DNA of 51,474 nucleotides, the filler included, from Circinaria calcarea (taxonomy: Eukaryota), in NCBI GenBank assembly GCA_051942165.1. It is 3 parts of 3 records of this genome, joined end to end, with 100 filler letters (N's around TTAATTAATTAA, not from the genome) between each part and the next. Parts side by side here need not be neighbours in the genome. Positions count along the whole stretch, not along the records: positions 34,436 to 51,474 come from JAVECS010000287.1; 2 more parts are not named here. One strand, given 5' to 3'. Below, one piece after another: positions 48,443 through 51,474 of the stretch. The notes under the pieces were generated by a model. The model was not told the DNA's origin and made no database searches. It saw only the letters and a program-made list of their open reading frames with translations. The translations under genes were made by a program, and so were the position numbers. How positions within the stretch are numbered: position 1 is the stretch's first letter; each line of letters opens with the position of its first letter.

Positions 48443-49116
48443 ATGGCGGCACCCGCTGAAGTTACTATGAAAGACCTCAATGGCGACTGGGTTATGGTGA
48501 GTGCACTTCAAATGACTACCGTCCCCTGCCTATGCATATCTCGACATTCGTCGTGCCACTTTGCTGACCGAGCATACAGAACAAGACACTCTCTGACGAC
48601 CTTGACCCAGTTCTTGCCCTCCAGGGACTTCCCTGGCTCCTCCGCAAAGTTGTCTCTTGGGCTACCATCACTATGCATGTGAAGCAATACATTGATGATG
48701 TTGGCATAACAAACATCCGTATCGAGCAGACAGCGACAGGAGGCATCAAAGGTGAGACAGAGCTACGCAAGCTTGACTGGAGTGAAGTTCCCCACGTTTC
48801 CGGCGTGTTTGGGGAGATGATGAACCACTCACGCTGGAGCGGTGTGAAGCAGAATGCACGGAGTGGTGACGGGGGCACCTTGGATACATTTTTGACCGAA
48901 GGATGGTTGGAAGAGGCAGCGGGTACAAGGGAGGACGAGAACCATGTGCAGAATTGGGTTGTGAACAAGAAGGGTGGGTGGACGGCGGAGCAAATGTGGG
49001 GTTTTGCCATGGTAGATGGGAAAAGATACCATGTCAAAAAATTTCTGGTGAAAAAGGGAGGCGAGATGGAAAAGGTTAAAATGGTATATGATTGGAGAGG
49101 GAAAACGAAGCGATAA
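48443..49116 (+). CDS. Lipocalin-like protein of the PydY pericyclase-like family (often loosely annotated as LCCL-domain protein), 196 aa; exons 48443-48496, 48580-49116
   Basis: Spliced product MAAPAEVTMKDLNGDWVM-NKTLSDDLDPVLALQGLPWLLRKVVSWATITMHVKQY...GGIKGETELRKLDW...GWTAEQMWGFAMVDGKRYHVKKFLVKKG..VKMVYDW. It has the lipocalin/FABP G-x-W strand and LQGxxWxxRK helix. Intron 48497-48579 is GTGAGT..GCTGAC..CAG. Gene model solid; family name from recall. Confidence 0.8.
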
Positions 49117-50132
49117 TAAAATACATCAAAGGTATTCTTCTCTACCTTTATACAGGCAAGCTCGCCTTTTTGCCTTTTCCTGCTACGGAAACAATCATCC
49201 CCAGGCCAGACCGCGTCTATCAGGCGAACCCCTATTAATCTGAATGCAAATCACTTGTGTATTCAGATTGATTATAAGAACTTTCACTTGATATTCTCTT
49301 CTCCTTGCTGGTAGGGCGGATTGTGTCCAATTAGAAGTCAGAAAGATACCATGCGTAAATAGAATTATGTCTTGCAGGTACCCTTGTTCAGGAGAGATTT
49401 TCCCCAGGAGATCGGTGACATGCGCCTTTCTAGCTCTACCACTTCTAATATCTCTTAATTTGTTTCTTTATGCCGCTGCGAGTATGACCCGAGAGAACCC
49501 TTCATATTCCAAATCCTCACCTACCCAACACAACCCGAACCCGAACCCGAAACCAAATTCCAAATTCCACAATATCCCTCTCTCCCGGTCTCCTCATTTC
49601 CCTTTCCCTTTTACTTTTCTTTTCCTTTCCTCCCCTTCCCCCCAAGCTTAAACCCCCCATTCCCCCCTTGACCCGTCCCCCTCGGTACACGATGCAGATG
49701 CAACAACACTTCACGCCCCGTGGCCATCAGGAAACACGAGGTACGAGACACGAGACACTAGACATGGAAACTGAAAACTAGAAATGGGAAAAAATCACTA
49801 ATAAGACTTTTGAATTCACGAAAGGGATGAAAGAAGCTAAAGATATACACAACGATAGGAGCCCTCTGTTTGAGCTGGGAGGTGGGGGAGCTTTTGGGGC
49901 CAGAAACGGTGGTGTACCCTACCGGGCCTTTGACCAGTTTAAATAGCACACAAGCTGTCGTTGATGTTCCGAGAAAATGTTAGAGAGTGTAGAATCCATA
50001 TTTCCGGCATCTTTTCCATTCTATCTGGGGCCGAAAACATAGAGACTTTTTCTCTGTACGACTTTACCTTATTCCACTCACACACACCCACTTCTACCTT
50101 GGAATTCGTAAATCTCCCTCAAAAACTTCCCT

Positions 50133-51429
<1,297 letters not shown>

Positions 51430-51474
51430 CTAGGGCAAGCAAAGTCAGCACGGGCAAGTATACGCTTGAGTGGA

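Overview
Filamentous-ascomycete (Pezizomycotina-type) genomic DNA with short GT-AG introns and CTRAC/CTAAY branch sites. The window is not one locus. It is three contigs of 17,145, 17,090 and 17,039 bp, in descending length, joined by identical 100-nt spacers (N44-TTAATTAATTAA-N44), so adjacency across 17146-17245 and 34336-34435 is artificial. Contig 1 (1-17145) looks accessory: two tandem F-box-like paralogues, a secreted aspergillopepsin-type protease, a disrupted six-bladed beta-propeller gene, an alpha/beta-hydrolase, an uncharacterised polytopic membrane protein, a diverged ~250-bp direct repeat pair and degenerate ORF relics. Contig 2 (17246-34335) is housekeeping, all on the minus strand: STE11 MAPKKK, LSG1 GTPase, a USP/C19 deubiquitinase and a 5'-truncated ABCC (Ybt1-like) transporter. 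Contig 3 (34436-51474) carries an intact ~3,991-aa hybrid PKS-NRPS (KS-AT-DH-cMT-ER0-KR-ACP-C-A-T-R). It lies head-to-head with a small lipocalin-like protein resembling the PydY pericyclase family, followed by a 5'-truncated ERG10 thiolase. The PKS-NRPS/PydY-like pair is the best candidate for an undescribed biosynthetic system. Family assignments come from motif recognition, not database searches.
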